This document shows positions 24,258 through 32,000 of a stretch of DNA of 32,000 bases, piece by piece. The position numbers and the translations under genes were made by a program. Each line of letters begins with the position of its first letter. Position 1 is the first letter of the stretch. Source of the DNA: an uncultured Polyangiaceae bacterium (GTDB lineage: Bacteria > Myxococcota_A > Polyangia > Polyangiales > Polyangiaceae); the NCBI GenBank assembly GCA_964454025.1, contig CAYVRP010000006.1:70587-102586 (forward strand), written 5' to 3'. Below the pieces are notes generated by a model. The model was not told the origin of the DNA. It saw only the letters and a list, made by a program, of their open reading frames with translations, and ran no database searches.

Positions 24258-25235
24258 ATGACGTTCTTCAAAGGCTGGACGGGGGTTGGTTCCGTGGTCA
24301 CGCTCGCCGTCGCTCTGGCGGCGGGTTGCACGGTCGAGGACGACCCGGACGACGGGACGGGGCTCGGCGGCAGCGACGTCGGTGAGGCCGGCAACGGCGG
24401 CGAAGACACGGAGGGCGATGCTGGCGCGGCCACCGGTGGCGCGGCCACGGGCGGCGCCGCAACGGGCGGCACGGCGACCGGGGGCGTGGAAGCGGGAGGC
24501 GCGGAGCCCGGCGGCGCCGACGCTGGCGGGGCGGCCACCGGCGGGGAAGCGACCGGCGGCGGCGAGGTCGGCGGAGCGGCGACGGGCGGCGTGGAGACGG
24601 GTGGCACGGCGACCGGCGGCGCCGCGCTCGCCGGGGCGGGTCCGGAGGCGGGTGCGCCTGCCGAGGGCGGCGCGCCCGCCGAGGGTGGCGCAGCCCCCCG
24701 GGGCGGTGCGGCCCCGCAGGGTGGCGCGCCTGCCGAGGGCGGCGCGGCCCCCGAGGGTGGTGCCGGCGGCGAGGGTGGCGCGGTCTGCATTCGCAGCGAC
24801 AGCGTCAAGGATCCGTCGTTCAACTGCGTCGGGTGGGCGAACACGCAGTTTGCCACCTCGACCTGCCCCGCGCCTCGTGACGTGCCGCTCGGCCTGGCGG
24901 CCTGTGAGTACTTCCTCCCGTTCGCCAACGAGGCGGCGCTCGACGAGCTCCTGATCTGCTTCGCCGGCTACGGCACGAGCGCCCTCGACTGCAACGACGA
25001 GCACGACGCATACATGAACGACTGCCTCGACGCGACGCTCGCCAAGCTCTGCACCGTCCCCACCGCCGCGGACGACTGCGCTGCGTGGGTCGAGGGTTGC
25101 TCCGAGATCACCCAGGTCGAGTGCGAGGAAGGGCTCGCGTTCTCGGCCCGGGACGCCGCGGACATCGGCGCCTGCTTCGAGGACGCCGGCCCGACCGACG
25201 AAGGTTGCGGGAGTCGTTTCCGCGGCTGCCTCTGA
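24258..25235 (+). CDS. Lipoprotein with a long xxxGG pentapeptide-repeat linker and a Cys-rich C-terminal domain
   Basis: Shine-Dalgarno GAGGAGG lies 5 nt upstream of the ATG. Lipobox LAVALAAGC. About 140 aa of AATGG/AEGGA-type repeats, then ~150 aa containing 14 Cys. Confidence 0.85.
   Translation: MTFFKGWTGVGSVVTLAVALAAGCTVEDDPDDGTGLGGSDVGEAGNGGEDTEGDAGAATGGAATGGAATGGTATGGVEAGGAEPGGADAGGAATGGEATGGGEVGGAATGGVETGGTATGGAALAGAGPEAGAPAEGGAPAEGGAAPRGGAAPQGGAPAEGGAAPEGGAGGEGGAVCIRSDSVKDPSFNCVGWANTQFATSTCPAPRDVPLGLAACEYFLPFANEAALDELLICFAGYGTSALDCNDEHDAYMNDCLDATLAKLCTVPTAADDCAAWVEGCSEITQVECEEGLAFSARDAADIGACFEDAGPTDEGCGSRFRGCL
24354..24782 (+). repeat. Degenerate 15-bp (pentapeptide xxxGG) tandem repeat region inside CDS 24258..25235
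   Basis: Units such as GCGGCCACGGGCGGC / GCGCCTGCCGAGGGCGGC recur about 25 times and translate to AATGG, TATGG, VETGG, APAEGG, AAPRGG and similar. Confidence 0.85.
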
Positions 25236-25259
25236 CCCAGGAGACGCGGAGAGGGTGGG

Positions 25260-25279
25260 GGCGGCCCGGCGCGGCCGCC
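25260..25279. terminator. GC hairpin between convergent genes (possible bidirectional terminator)
   Basis: GGCGGCC-cggcgc-GGCCGCC: a 7-bp perfect stem with a 6-nt loop, between the stops at 25235 (+) and 25297 (-). There is no U-tract, so this is weak. Confidence 0.25.
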
Positions 25280-25296
25280 TCCGCCGCGCCGCGGCG

Positions 25297-27045
25297 TCAA
25301 TCGATCAGATCGAAGCGCCCGGCGTAGGCTTCGAAGGTCAGCGTCGCCGCGCCGGCGTCGCCGAGAGCCCAGCGCGCGGAGAAGCGGCGCCCGGCTTCGG
25401 CCGGGAGCGGCACGGACACGCGCCACTTCCGCTCCGCCACCACGGTGGGGGGCGGAGCGAGGGGGTGCTCGTGGGAGACGGTGTCGGCGAGGGCGCGGAC
25501 CCGCACTCCGGCGTTTTCCGCGACGGCAGCACCGGAGTTGTGGACACAGCCGCTGACCTGGCGCGGATCGGCGGCGCCTTCCACCCTGAGATCGCAGATG
25601 CGGACCTCTTCCGTCGCCCGGAGCAGGCGGGTCAGGTAAGGCTCCTCGTCGTCACGGAGCGCGTCACGCAGGTCGGTCGCGGCCTGGCGGGCGCGCGGAT
25701 CGCCGAGGAACGCGAGGAGCATGGCGCCGTGCAGGCGCACCGGGCGGTGGTTGGCCTCGAGGAGGGCGGCGGCGAGGTGGGCCGGCGCCGTGTCGGCGCC
25801 GGGCGAGACGACCCCGGCCGGGTTTCGGCTCTCGATCTCGAGGCTGGTCCCACGGGCCTCGACGCTCCACTTGATGGCCTGCGCCGCCGTGAGCGGGCCC
25901 TCGAAGTACAGGGTCCGCTGCGCCACCTCGTAGCGGCGGTTGCCCGGCGGTGGGTCCTGCTCGAAGAAGTGGACGACGAGGGTGACGTCCGCGAGCGGCT
26001 GGTCGCCGTTGTTGACCACGGCGACCTCCGCGGCCAGGCGCCGCTTGTTTCCCCGCTGGAACGGACGCTGTGACAGCAGGAGCGTACTGACCCGCGGGAG
26101 TCCATCGCGCCAGAGCGGCGAGTCCGCGCGGAGGCAGCGGCAGTCGCCCCCCAGGGAGACGCTGTCCGCGTTCGGCGCGGCGGCGGGGGCGGCGTCCGGC
26201 GGCGCCGTGCGGGTCGGGGCGGCGGTCGGGGGCGCGGTCGGCATGGGCGCCGCGGCCAGCGGCAGGTCCGGGGCGGCGGCCTCGGTGTCCGAGCCCCGCG
26301 CCGCGGTCGATGAGCGCTGGGCCTGACGACGCGCCGCGCCACCGGAGACGACCCAACGCACCGTGAGCAGGGCGCCGAGCAGGCCTGCCGAGAGGGTCAG
26401 CGCGAAGGCGAGCGTAGTCCGTGGCATCGCCCGGTAGGCGAGCAGGATCGGCTCCGGCGCGGCCCGCCGCTTCGGCGCGGGCGGTCCGTGGGAGAGGTGC
26501 GGCAGGTACGCGCCGAGCTCACCGAGCAGGCTCAGCCGAACGGCGTCCGGCTCCGTGCCGCGGGTCAACCGGAGCTCCGCGATCCACCCGAGCAGCAGGA
26601 GCATCAGCGCGGTCAGCATCCCGAGCCCGATGGCCGTCGCCCCGCCGGCCTCGGGGGAGAGCCGGGGCACCGTGAGCGCGACCAGGAGCATCCCGGCGAC
26701 CGCCGCTCCCCCGGCGCCGACCCAGATGACCAGGCGCTGACGGAACAGCTCGCGCGCATCGACGACCTCGCGGCTGGTGAAGCCGGCCAGGCACAGCCGG
26801 TGGTGCGGGGTCAACCGCGGCTCGACCGCGAGGAAGATCCGGTCGCCCTCGGCGCGCGCCTCGAGCACGCACGGCCAGGGGACGTGGACGCGCGTGCCGT
26901 GGGTCAACGCCCCCGGCGCGAAGCCCTCCGAGTACGCGCCGACCCCGAGGTAGGTGACGGTGAGCCCGGTCGGCTCACACTCGATCTCCACGGCGCCTAT
27001 CGCGTTGCTGCGATCGGTGGCGGTGGCGATGGCGCGCACCTTCAT
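25297..27045 (-). CDS. Hypothetical three-transmembrane protein (582 aa)
   Basis: N-terminal ~100-aa soluble domain. Transmembrane segments LVIWVGAGGAAVAGMLLVALTV, AIGLGMLTALMLLLLGWIAEL, LAFALTLSAGLLGALLTVRWVV. Then a Pro/Ala-rich linker and a ~300-aa C-terminal domain with a HEAT-like stretch (LEANHRPVRLHGAMLLAFLGDPRARQAATDLRDAL). Confidence 0.8.
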   Translation of the reverse strand: MKVRAIATATDRSNAIGAVEIECEPTGLTVTYLGVGAYSEGFAPGALTHGTRVHVPWPCVLEARAEGDRIFLAVEPRLTPHHRLCLAGFTSREVVDARELFRQRLVIWVGAGGAAVAGMLLVALTVPRLSPEAGGATAIGLGMLTALMLLLLGWIAELRLTRGTEPDAVRLSLLGELGAYLPHLSHGPPAPKRRAAPEPILLAYRAMPRTTLAFALTLSAGLLGALLTVRWVVSGGAARRQAQRSSTAARGSDTEAAAPDLPLAAAPMPTAPPTAAPTRTAPPDAAPAAAPNADSVSLGGDCRCLRADSPLWRDGLPRVSTLLLSQRPFQRGNKRRLAAEVAVVNNGDQPLADVTLVVHFFEQDPPPGNRRYEVAQRTLYFEGPLTAAQAIKWSVEARGTSLEIESRNPAGVVSPGADTAPAHLAAALLEANHRPVRLHGAMLLAFLGDPRARQAATDLRDALRDDEEPYLTRLLRATEEVRICDLRVEGAADPRQVSGCVHNSGAAVAENAGVRVRALADTVSHEHPLAPPPTVVAERKWRVSVPLPAEAGRRFSARWALGDAGAATLTFEAYAGRFDLID

Positions 27046-27253
27046 GTTCGGGGGCTCTCCGGGTCTGCGGGCTCGATCCTAGCCGCGGATCCGCGGGGAC
27101 GGCATCGGGTTCGTCCTCGAGGGCCCCCTCGACATGGCGGGCGTCGTTTGCCATATAACCGTGCCCTGACGACGTGGCCCGCGGCCGCCCCGGAGCGGGC
27201 GAGGCCGCGGCCGCGCGCACCTTCACCCACGGACAGCGGACGACTCGGCATTG

Positions 27254-29281
27254 ATGACGGACGACCGAGCCCCCACGGGGCAGCTTCCACTGGCGCTCGA
27301 TGTCCGACCGGGGGTGGACCCGCTCGCCGCGGGGCTCACGGCGGAGGAGGTCGACCGGTTCTCTCGGGAGCACCTCGAGCACGCGCGCCGCCTCGTCGCC
27401 GCGGTGCGGGCGCTCGCGTCCGCCCCCGACGCCGAGCTCACGTGGGACACGGTGCTGGCGCCGCTCGACGCCGTCACCTTCGCGACCTCGCTGGCAGGGG
27501 GCTTCGCGGGGCGGATGGAGGAGACGCACCCCGACGCGGCGGTCCGCGCGGCCGGGCGGGCCTGCCGCCCCCGTCTGGTGAGCTTCCAGACCGACATGAT
27601 GCTGGACGCCGAGCTGGCCGGCGTCGTGCGCCGCTTCGCGAAGACCTCCGCCGCGCGCCTGCTCGGCGGCACCCGCCGTCGCCTGCTCGAGGACCTGCTG
27701 CGCGAGTTCCGCCGCAACGGCCTCGAGCTCCCGCCCGCGGGGCAGGCGCGGTTGCGCGAGCTCAACGACGAGCTCAACCGGGCCGCGCAGGAATTCTCCA
27801 GGAACCTGGCCGAGGCTCGCGGCGCGCTGCGCGTCCCGCCGTCGCGCCTCCGTGGCCTCCCCGAGGCGTTCCTCGCCGTGCACGCGCCCGAGGCGGACGG
27901 GCTCGTGACCGTCACCACCGACTACCCCGACTACTTCCCCGTGGTCAGCTACGCGGAGGATCGCGAGCTCGCGCGGGAGCTCAACGCGCTCTTCGATTCG
28001 CGCGCGGCCAGCCAGAACGTCCCGCTCCTCGAGCGCGTGCTGGCGTTGCGCGCCGAGAAGGCGCAGCTGCTCGGCTACGCGACCTGGGCGGATTACGTCC
28101 TCGAGCCGCGCATGGCGCGCACTACCGCCGCCGTGCGCGAATTCCTGGCGGGCGCGGCCGAGGCGGTGCGAGAGCCCGGGCGCCGGGAGTACCGTGAGTT
28201 CCAGGCGGAGCGCGCCGCGGCCCTCGGGGTCGACCCGGGGCTTCCGATCCCCGTCTATGACCGGCTCTACCTCGAGCAGCGGCTGCGCGCGAAGAAGTAC
28301 GGGTTCGACGGCAAGGCGTTGAGCGAGCACTTCCCCGTGGAGGGGGTCGTCTCCGGCGTGCTCGGGTTCGTCTCGCGGCTCTTCGGGCTCGAGCTCGCCG
28401 AGCGCCCCGACGCGGCGCGTTGGCACCCGGAGGTGCGGGTGCTCGACGTGCTCAGCGACGGCGCCGTGGTGGGGCGGCTGTTCCTCGACCTGTACCCGCG
28501 TGAGGCGAAGTACAAGCACGCGGCGATGTTCGAGATCCGCCCCGGCAAACGGCTCCGCGACGGGACCTACGTGACGCCGATGACCGCGCTGGTGACCAAC
28601 TTTCCGGCGCCGGGCTCGGGCCCCGCGCTGCTCACCCTCGAGGACGTGACCACCTTCTTTCACGAGCTCGGTCACGCCCTGCATCACCTGTTGACGCGCG
28701 AGGAGCTCGCCAGCTACTCGGGCACCAGCACCGCCCAGGACTTCGTGGAGACGCCGTCGCAGATGCTGGAGGAGTGGGCCTTCCAGCGCGAGGTGCTGGA
28801 CGCGTTCGCGCGGCACCACGTGACCGGCGCGCCGATTCCGGAGCCGCTCTTCGCGGCCATGCGTCGCGCGCGGGCCTTCGGGCGGGCGCTCGCCACCGAG
28901 CGCCAGCTCGCCCTGGCCACCCTCGACTTCGAGTATCACACCCGTCCGGTCCCCGTCGCGACGGAGGCGGTGTTCCACGAGGTGATGGCGCGGACGCAGC
29001 AGTTCGTGCACCAGCCCGGCACGCACTTCCCGGCGACCTTTGGCCACCTGATGGGGTACGACGCCGGGTACTACGGCTACCAGTGGGCGCTCGCCATCGC
29101 TCGCGACGTCCTCACGCGCTTCGAGCGCGAGGGGTTCACGAACCCAGCGACCGCCGCCGATTGGCTCGAGCGGGTCCTCTCGCGGGGGGCGGGCGCCGAC
29201 GAGGCGTCGCTGGTCACCGCCTTCCTCGGTCGCCCCTCGAACCTCGACGCCTACGCCGCGTACCTGCGGGGCGAGGTCTAG
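27254..29281 (+). CDS. M3-family zinc metallopeptidase (oligopeptidase A / thimet / Dcp-like)
   Basis: HExxH in TTFFHELGHALHHL. Downstream are ETPSQMLEEW and GYDAGYYGYQWA, typical of M3. ATG at 27254; the track starts at TTG 27251. Confidence 0.92.
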   Translation: MTDDRAPTGQLPLALDVRPGVDPLAAGLTAEEVDRFSREHLEHARRLVAAVRALASAPDAELTWDTVLAPLDAVTFATSLAGGFAGRMEETHPDAAVRAAGRACRPRLVSFQTDMMLDAELAGVVRRFAKTSAARLLGGTRRRLLEDLLREFRRNGLELPPAGQARLRELNDELNRAAQEFSRNLAEARGALRVPPSRLRGLPEAFLAVHAPEADGLVTVTTDYPDYFPVVSYAEDRELARELNALFDSRAASQNVPLLERVLALRAEKAQLLGYATWADYVLEPRMARTTAAVREFLAGAAEAVREPGRREYREFQAERAAALGVDPGLPIPVYDRLYLEQRLRAKKYGFDGKALSEHFPVEGVVSGVLGFVSRLFGLELAERPDAARWHPEVRVLDVLSDGAVVGRLFLDLYPREAKYKHAAMFEIRPGKRLRDGTYVTPMTALVTNFPAPGSGPALLTLEDVTTFFHELGHALHHLLTREELASYSGTSTAQDFVETPSQMLEEWAFQREVLDAFARHHVTGAPIPEPLFAAMRRARAFGRALATERQLALATLDFEYHTRPVPVATEAVFHEVMARTQQFVHQPGTHFPATFGHLMGYDAGYYGYQWALAIARDVLTRFEREGFTNPATAADWLERVLSRGAGADEASLVTAFLGRPSNLDAYAAYLRGEV

Positions 29282-29415
29282 GCCGGCGACCATCGCGACT
29301 CGTCCGGCCGCGGTCCGCGGACTGCCCGGTCATCCCCCCAGGGGCCCGGCCCGGGAATCCATCATCGGGGGCGGTGGCTCCTACGGCTGGCGACGCTCAG
29401 CTCGCCCCTACCTCC

Positions 29416-30570
29416 ATGTCCATCGGGCTCTTGGCCGTCTTCGCCGCCGGGCTCGCCACGCTGGCGAGCCCATGCGTGCTGCCGATGGTGCCCGTGTACC
29501 TCACGATGCTGCTCGGGGCCGGGGTCGAGCAGGCGCGCGCGGGCCATGGGCGGCGGCGGCTCCTGCTCGCCACGGCCGCGTTCGTCGCCGGGTTCGTGCT
29601 CGTCTTCGCGCTGCTGGGGATGGGCGCCTCGGGGCTGGGCGGCCTGCTGTCCGCACACCGGTCCGCCCTGCTCCTGGTCGGCGGGCTCGTCATCGCGGCG
29701 TTCGGCCTGCAGTACCTGCGCCTCTTCCCCCTGCGTTGGCTCGAGGGCTCGTTGCGGCTGGAGCCCCGGGTGTCGCCGGGGCGTCCCCTCGGCGCGTTCC
29801 TGTTCGGTGTCGTCTTCGCGCTGGGCTGGACCCCCTGTGTCGGCCCCATCCTGGGCGCCGTGCTGACCTACACGGCGACGACCAGCGCCTCACCCCTGGT
29901 CGGCGCGCTCTACCTGGTCACCTACGGACTCGGTGTCGGCGCGCCGCTGCTGGTGACGAGCCTGATGGTGGAGCGCCTGCTTCCCCTCGTGCGGCGCCTC
30001 CGCCCGCTCGTTCCGCGGATCGAGCGCGTCACCGGCGCGGTGATGGTGGCGGCCGGCCTCGGGATCGCCATCCCCGCCGCGGTGGCTTCGGTCGGGACCG
30101 GGACGCCGACGCCGGTCGCCGCCAGCGACCCGCGGCCTGGCGCCCATGGGCCGCCCCGCCCCCGCCTCGTGCAGTACTCGACCGAGGGCTGCCCCGTGTG
30201 CGAGCGCATGCGCCCGGCGCTCGACCAGCTCCGTCGTGACTGCATGGGGCAGGCGGTGGACATCGTGGAGGTGAACCTGTCCGATCCGCGTCAGGCAGGG
30301 CTCGCCCGCGACCGGGACGTGCGCGCGGTGCCACTCGTGGAGCTACGCTCGGCAGATGGCACCACCGTGGATCGCCTGCTGGGAGAACGACCGCTAGCCG
30401 AGCTGCGCTCCGCCGTGGCCCGGTTGTCGGGGCGTCCCTGCGCCGGGATCGCCCCGGGGGGATCGGTGCCGGTCGAGGGAGCCCCGGCCAGCTGCTCGCT
30501 CGGCGTGGACCCTGCCACGGCGCGGACGGATCCCGCGGGAGCGCCGGCGCCGTCCTGCCCCGCGGGCTGA
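29416..30570 (+). CDS. CcdA/DsbD-type thiol-disulfide transporter (6 transmembrane segments) fused to a C-terminal thioredoxin-like domain
   Basis: Real part of track ORF 28774..30570, starting at MSIGLL (ATG 29416). The two conserved membrane Cys contexts are LASPCVLPMVPVY and LGWTPCVGPILG. The C-terminal part is LVQYSTEGCPVCERMRPALDQL, VPLVELRSADG (CxxC thioredoxin fold). Confidence 0.85.
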   Translation: MSIGLLAVFAAGLATLASPCVLPMVPVYLTMLLGAGVEQARAGHGRRRLLLATAAFVAGFVLVFALLGMGASGLGGLLSAHRSALLLVGGLVIAAFGLQYLRLFPLRWLEGSLRLEPRVSPGRPLGAFLFGVVFALGWTPCVGPILGAVLTYTATTSASPLVGALYLVTYGLGVGAPLLVTSLMVERLLPLVRRLRPLVPRIERVTGAVMVAAGLGIAIPAAVASVGTGTPTPVAASDPRPGAHGPPRPRLVQYSTEGCPVCERMRPALDQLRRDCMGQAVDIVEVNLSDPRQAGLARDRDVRAVPLVELRSADGTTVDRLLGERPLAELRSAVARLSGRPCAGIAPGGSVPVEGAPASCSLGVDPATARTDPAGAPAPSCPAG

Positions 30571-30598
30571 CGCCGCAGTGGCCCCTGGACAGACAACC

Positions 30599-30844
30599 AT
30601 GACCGCACCCGAAACCCAACCTGCTGTCGCCGAGCCCGGCTCGCCCGCGGCCCCCGAGACGGCGCCCGTCGGAGCCCGCAAGAAGATGATCCTGCGCACG
30701 GTCCTGTTCGTGGTCGGCGGTGCCCTCGTCGGCCTGCTCTATCATCGCCTCGTCGGCTGCCGCAGTGGGGCCTGTCCCATCACCGGCAATCCCTACGTGG
30801 CGACGCTGTACGGGGCCGTCCTGGGCTTCCTCCTCGCGCGCTGA
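30599..30844 (+). CDS. Small membrane protein with a CxxxxC motif (DUF6132-like)
   Basis: MILRTVLFVVGGALVGLLYHRLVGCRSGACPITGNPYVATLYGAVLGFLLAR matches my memory of the short GCxSGxCxIxxNP family. The start is uncertain: GTG 30578, ATG 30599, or ATG 30686. The last has GGAG 11 nt upstream, and codon bias only becomes gene-like shortly before it. Confidence 0.7.
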   Translation: MTAPETQPAVAEPGSPAAPETAPVGARKKMILRTVLFVVGGALVGLLYHRLVGCRSGACPITGNPYVATLYGAVLGFLLAR

Positions 30845-30866
30845 GCCGCCGCCCGGCGCATCCCCT

Positions 30867-31973
30867 TCAGAAGAGACGCCCCTGACCGGTCAGATCGGCC
30901 CCGACCGGGGGGTAGCCGAGGTGCTCTCGCGCGCGCCGGGTGGCGATCCGGCCTCGAGGGGTGCGGCCGAGGAAGCCCTGCTGCAGCAGGTACGGCTCGT
31001 ACACGTCCTCCACCGTGTCCCGCGGCTCCGCGAGCGCGGCGGCGATCGTCTCTACGCCCACGGGACCTCCGTCGTAGTCCTCGATGAGGACGCGGAGCAG
31101 CCGGCGGTCCATCTCGTCGAGTCCGGCCGGGTCCACCTCGAGCCTCTCGCAGGTGTGGCGGACGATGTCCACCGTGATCGTCCCGTCGCCCTCCACGTCG
31201 GCGAAGTCACGGACACGGCGCAGCAGCCGGTTCGCGACGCGAGGCGTCCCCCGCGCGCGCGTGGCGAGGGCCTCCGCGGCCTCCCTCGCGCAGGGAACGC
31301 CGAGCAGTCGGGCGCTCCGCGCCACGATCCGGGCGAGGTCTTCCACCGGGTAGAAGTCGAGCCGGAGCGTGACCCCGAACCGCTCCTGCAGGGGCTTGGT
31401 GAGCAGCCCCGTGCGCGTGGTGGCGCCGATCAAGGTGAACGGCTTCAGGTCGAGGGAGATGCTCTCGGCGAAGGCACCGTCACCGGTCACGACGTCGATG
31501 CGAAAGTCCTCGATGGCCGGGTAGAGCGCCTCCTCGACGGTGGCGTTCAGGCGGTGAATCTCGTCGATGAAGAGGATGTCCGCGCGCCCGAGCCGGGTGA
31601 GCTCGCCTGTGAGCACCCCCTTGTGCTCCACCGCGGGGCCGCTGGTCACGAACAGGCTCACCCCCATCTCCTTGGCCAGGACGTGGGCCAGCGTCGTCTT
31701 GCCGAGGCCGGGCGGCCCCGACAGGAGGATGTGATCGAGCGGCTCGCCCCGGCGCCGGGCCGCCTCGACGTACACGCGGAGGTTGTCCGTGTGCTTGCGC
31801 TGCCCCACGAACTCGTCCAGGGATCGAGGGCGAAGCAGGCGGTCGATCTGCAGGTCGTCGGCGTGGCTCGTCGGCTCGACGAGCCGGCCGGCGCTCGTGG
31901 CGGCGGGGACCGGCGCGGCGGCCTCGGTGTCGGCGCCCGTCGCCCTGGATCTCGACTTGCCTCGCGCAGCCAT
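30867..31973 (-). CDS. ruvB: Holliday junction branch migration DNA helicase RuvB
   Basis: [12 protein letters not shown], Walker [17 protein letters not shown], Walker [42 protein letters not shown], and the C-terminal winged helix [17 protein letters not shown]. Confidence 0.97.
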   Translation of the reverse strand: MAARGKSRSRATGADTEAAAPVPAATSAGRLVEPTSHADDLQIDRLLRPRSLDEFVGQRKHTDNLRVYVEAARRRGEPLDHILLSGPPGLGKTTLAHVLAKEMGVSLFVTSGPAVEHKGVLTGELTRLGRADILFIDEIHRLNATVEEALYPAIEDFRIDVVTGDGAFAESISLDLKPFTLIGATTRTGLLTKPLQERFGVTLRLDFYPVEDLARIVARSARLLGVPCAREAAEALATRARGTPRVANRLLRRVRDFADVEGDGTITVDIVRHTCERLEVDPAGLDEMDRRLLRVLIEDYDGGPVGVETIAAALAEPRDTVEDVYEPYLLQQGFLGRTPRGRIATRRAREHLGYPPVGADLTGQGRLF

Positions 31974-32000
31974 GGCGGTGCTCGGGCACTCTACCGCAAC

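Noticed and set aside
1-32000. CRISPR arrays, rRNA genes and long inverted repeats marking intact transposons.
   Set aside because: No regularly spaced direct repeats and no rRNA-like conserved blocks were seen. The only tandem repeats are the two in-frame coding repeats listed as features.

Overview
Very GC-rich window (over 70% by eye), densely coding. Gene content and style suggest a Myxococcota-type chromosome, but that is inference only. I support 30 protein-coding genes. Most long ORFs in the track are antisense or off-frame shadows, as expected at this GC content.

The dominant theme is cell-envelope proteostasis and signalling:
- Proteases and envelope enzymes: a partial S41 C-terminal processing protease, an HtrA-family protease, an M16 peptidase pair, an M3 oligopeptidase and an L,D-transpeptidase.
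- Regulation: an ECF sigma / anti-sigma / exported-protein cassette, a soluble histidine kinase, a REC-GAF-PAS-PAS-DHp protein with no ATPase domain, and an HTH plus pseudo-receiver protein.
- Other: a SlyD-like FKBP, an FGE/SUMF1-like lipoprotein, DUF1844, DUF4105, a bacteriohemerythrin, a NUDIX hydrolase, a CcdA-thioredoxin fusion followed by a small CxxxxC membrane protein, and ruvB.

I found no rRNA, tRNA or CRISPR array.

The outlier is about 2.8 kb at 18084-20868. It has no credible intact ORF and visibly lower GC. It holds what I read as a heavily decayed IS110-family (DEDD / Transposase_20) recombinase gene on the minus strand. Next to it are an AT-rich patch with a perfect DnaA-box 9-mer, a sigma70-like promoter, and several GNRA-capped hairpins. 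This is the best place in the window to look for an undescribed non-coding element, such as an IS110 bridge-RNA-type ncRNA or another structured RNA.

All calls rest on reading translations and motifs by eye. No database search was run.
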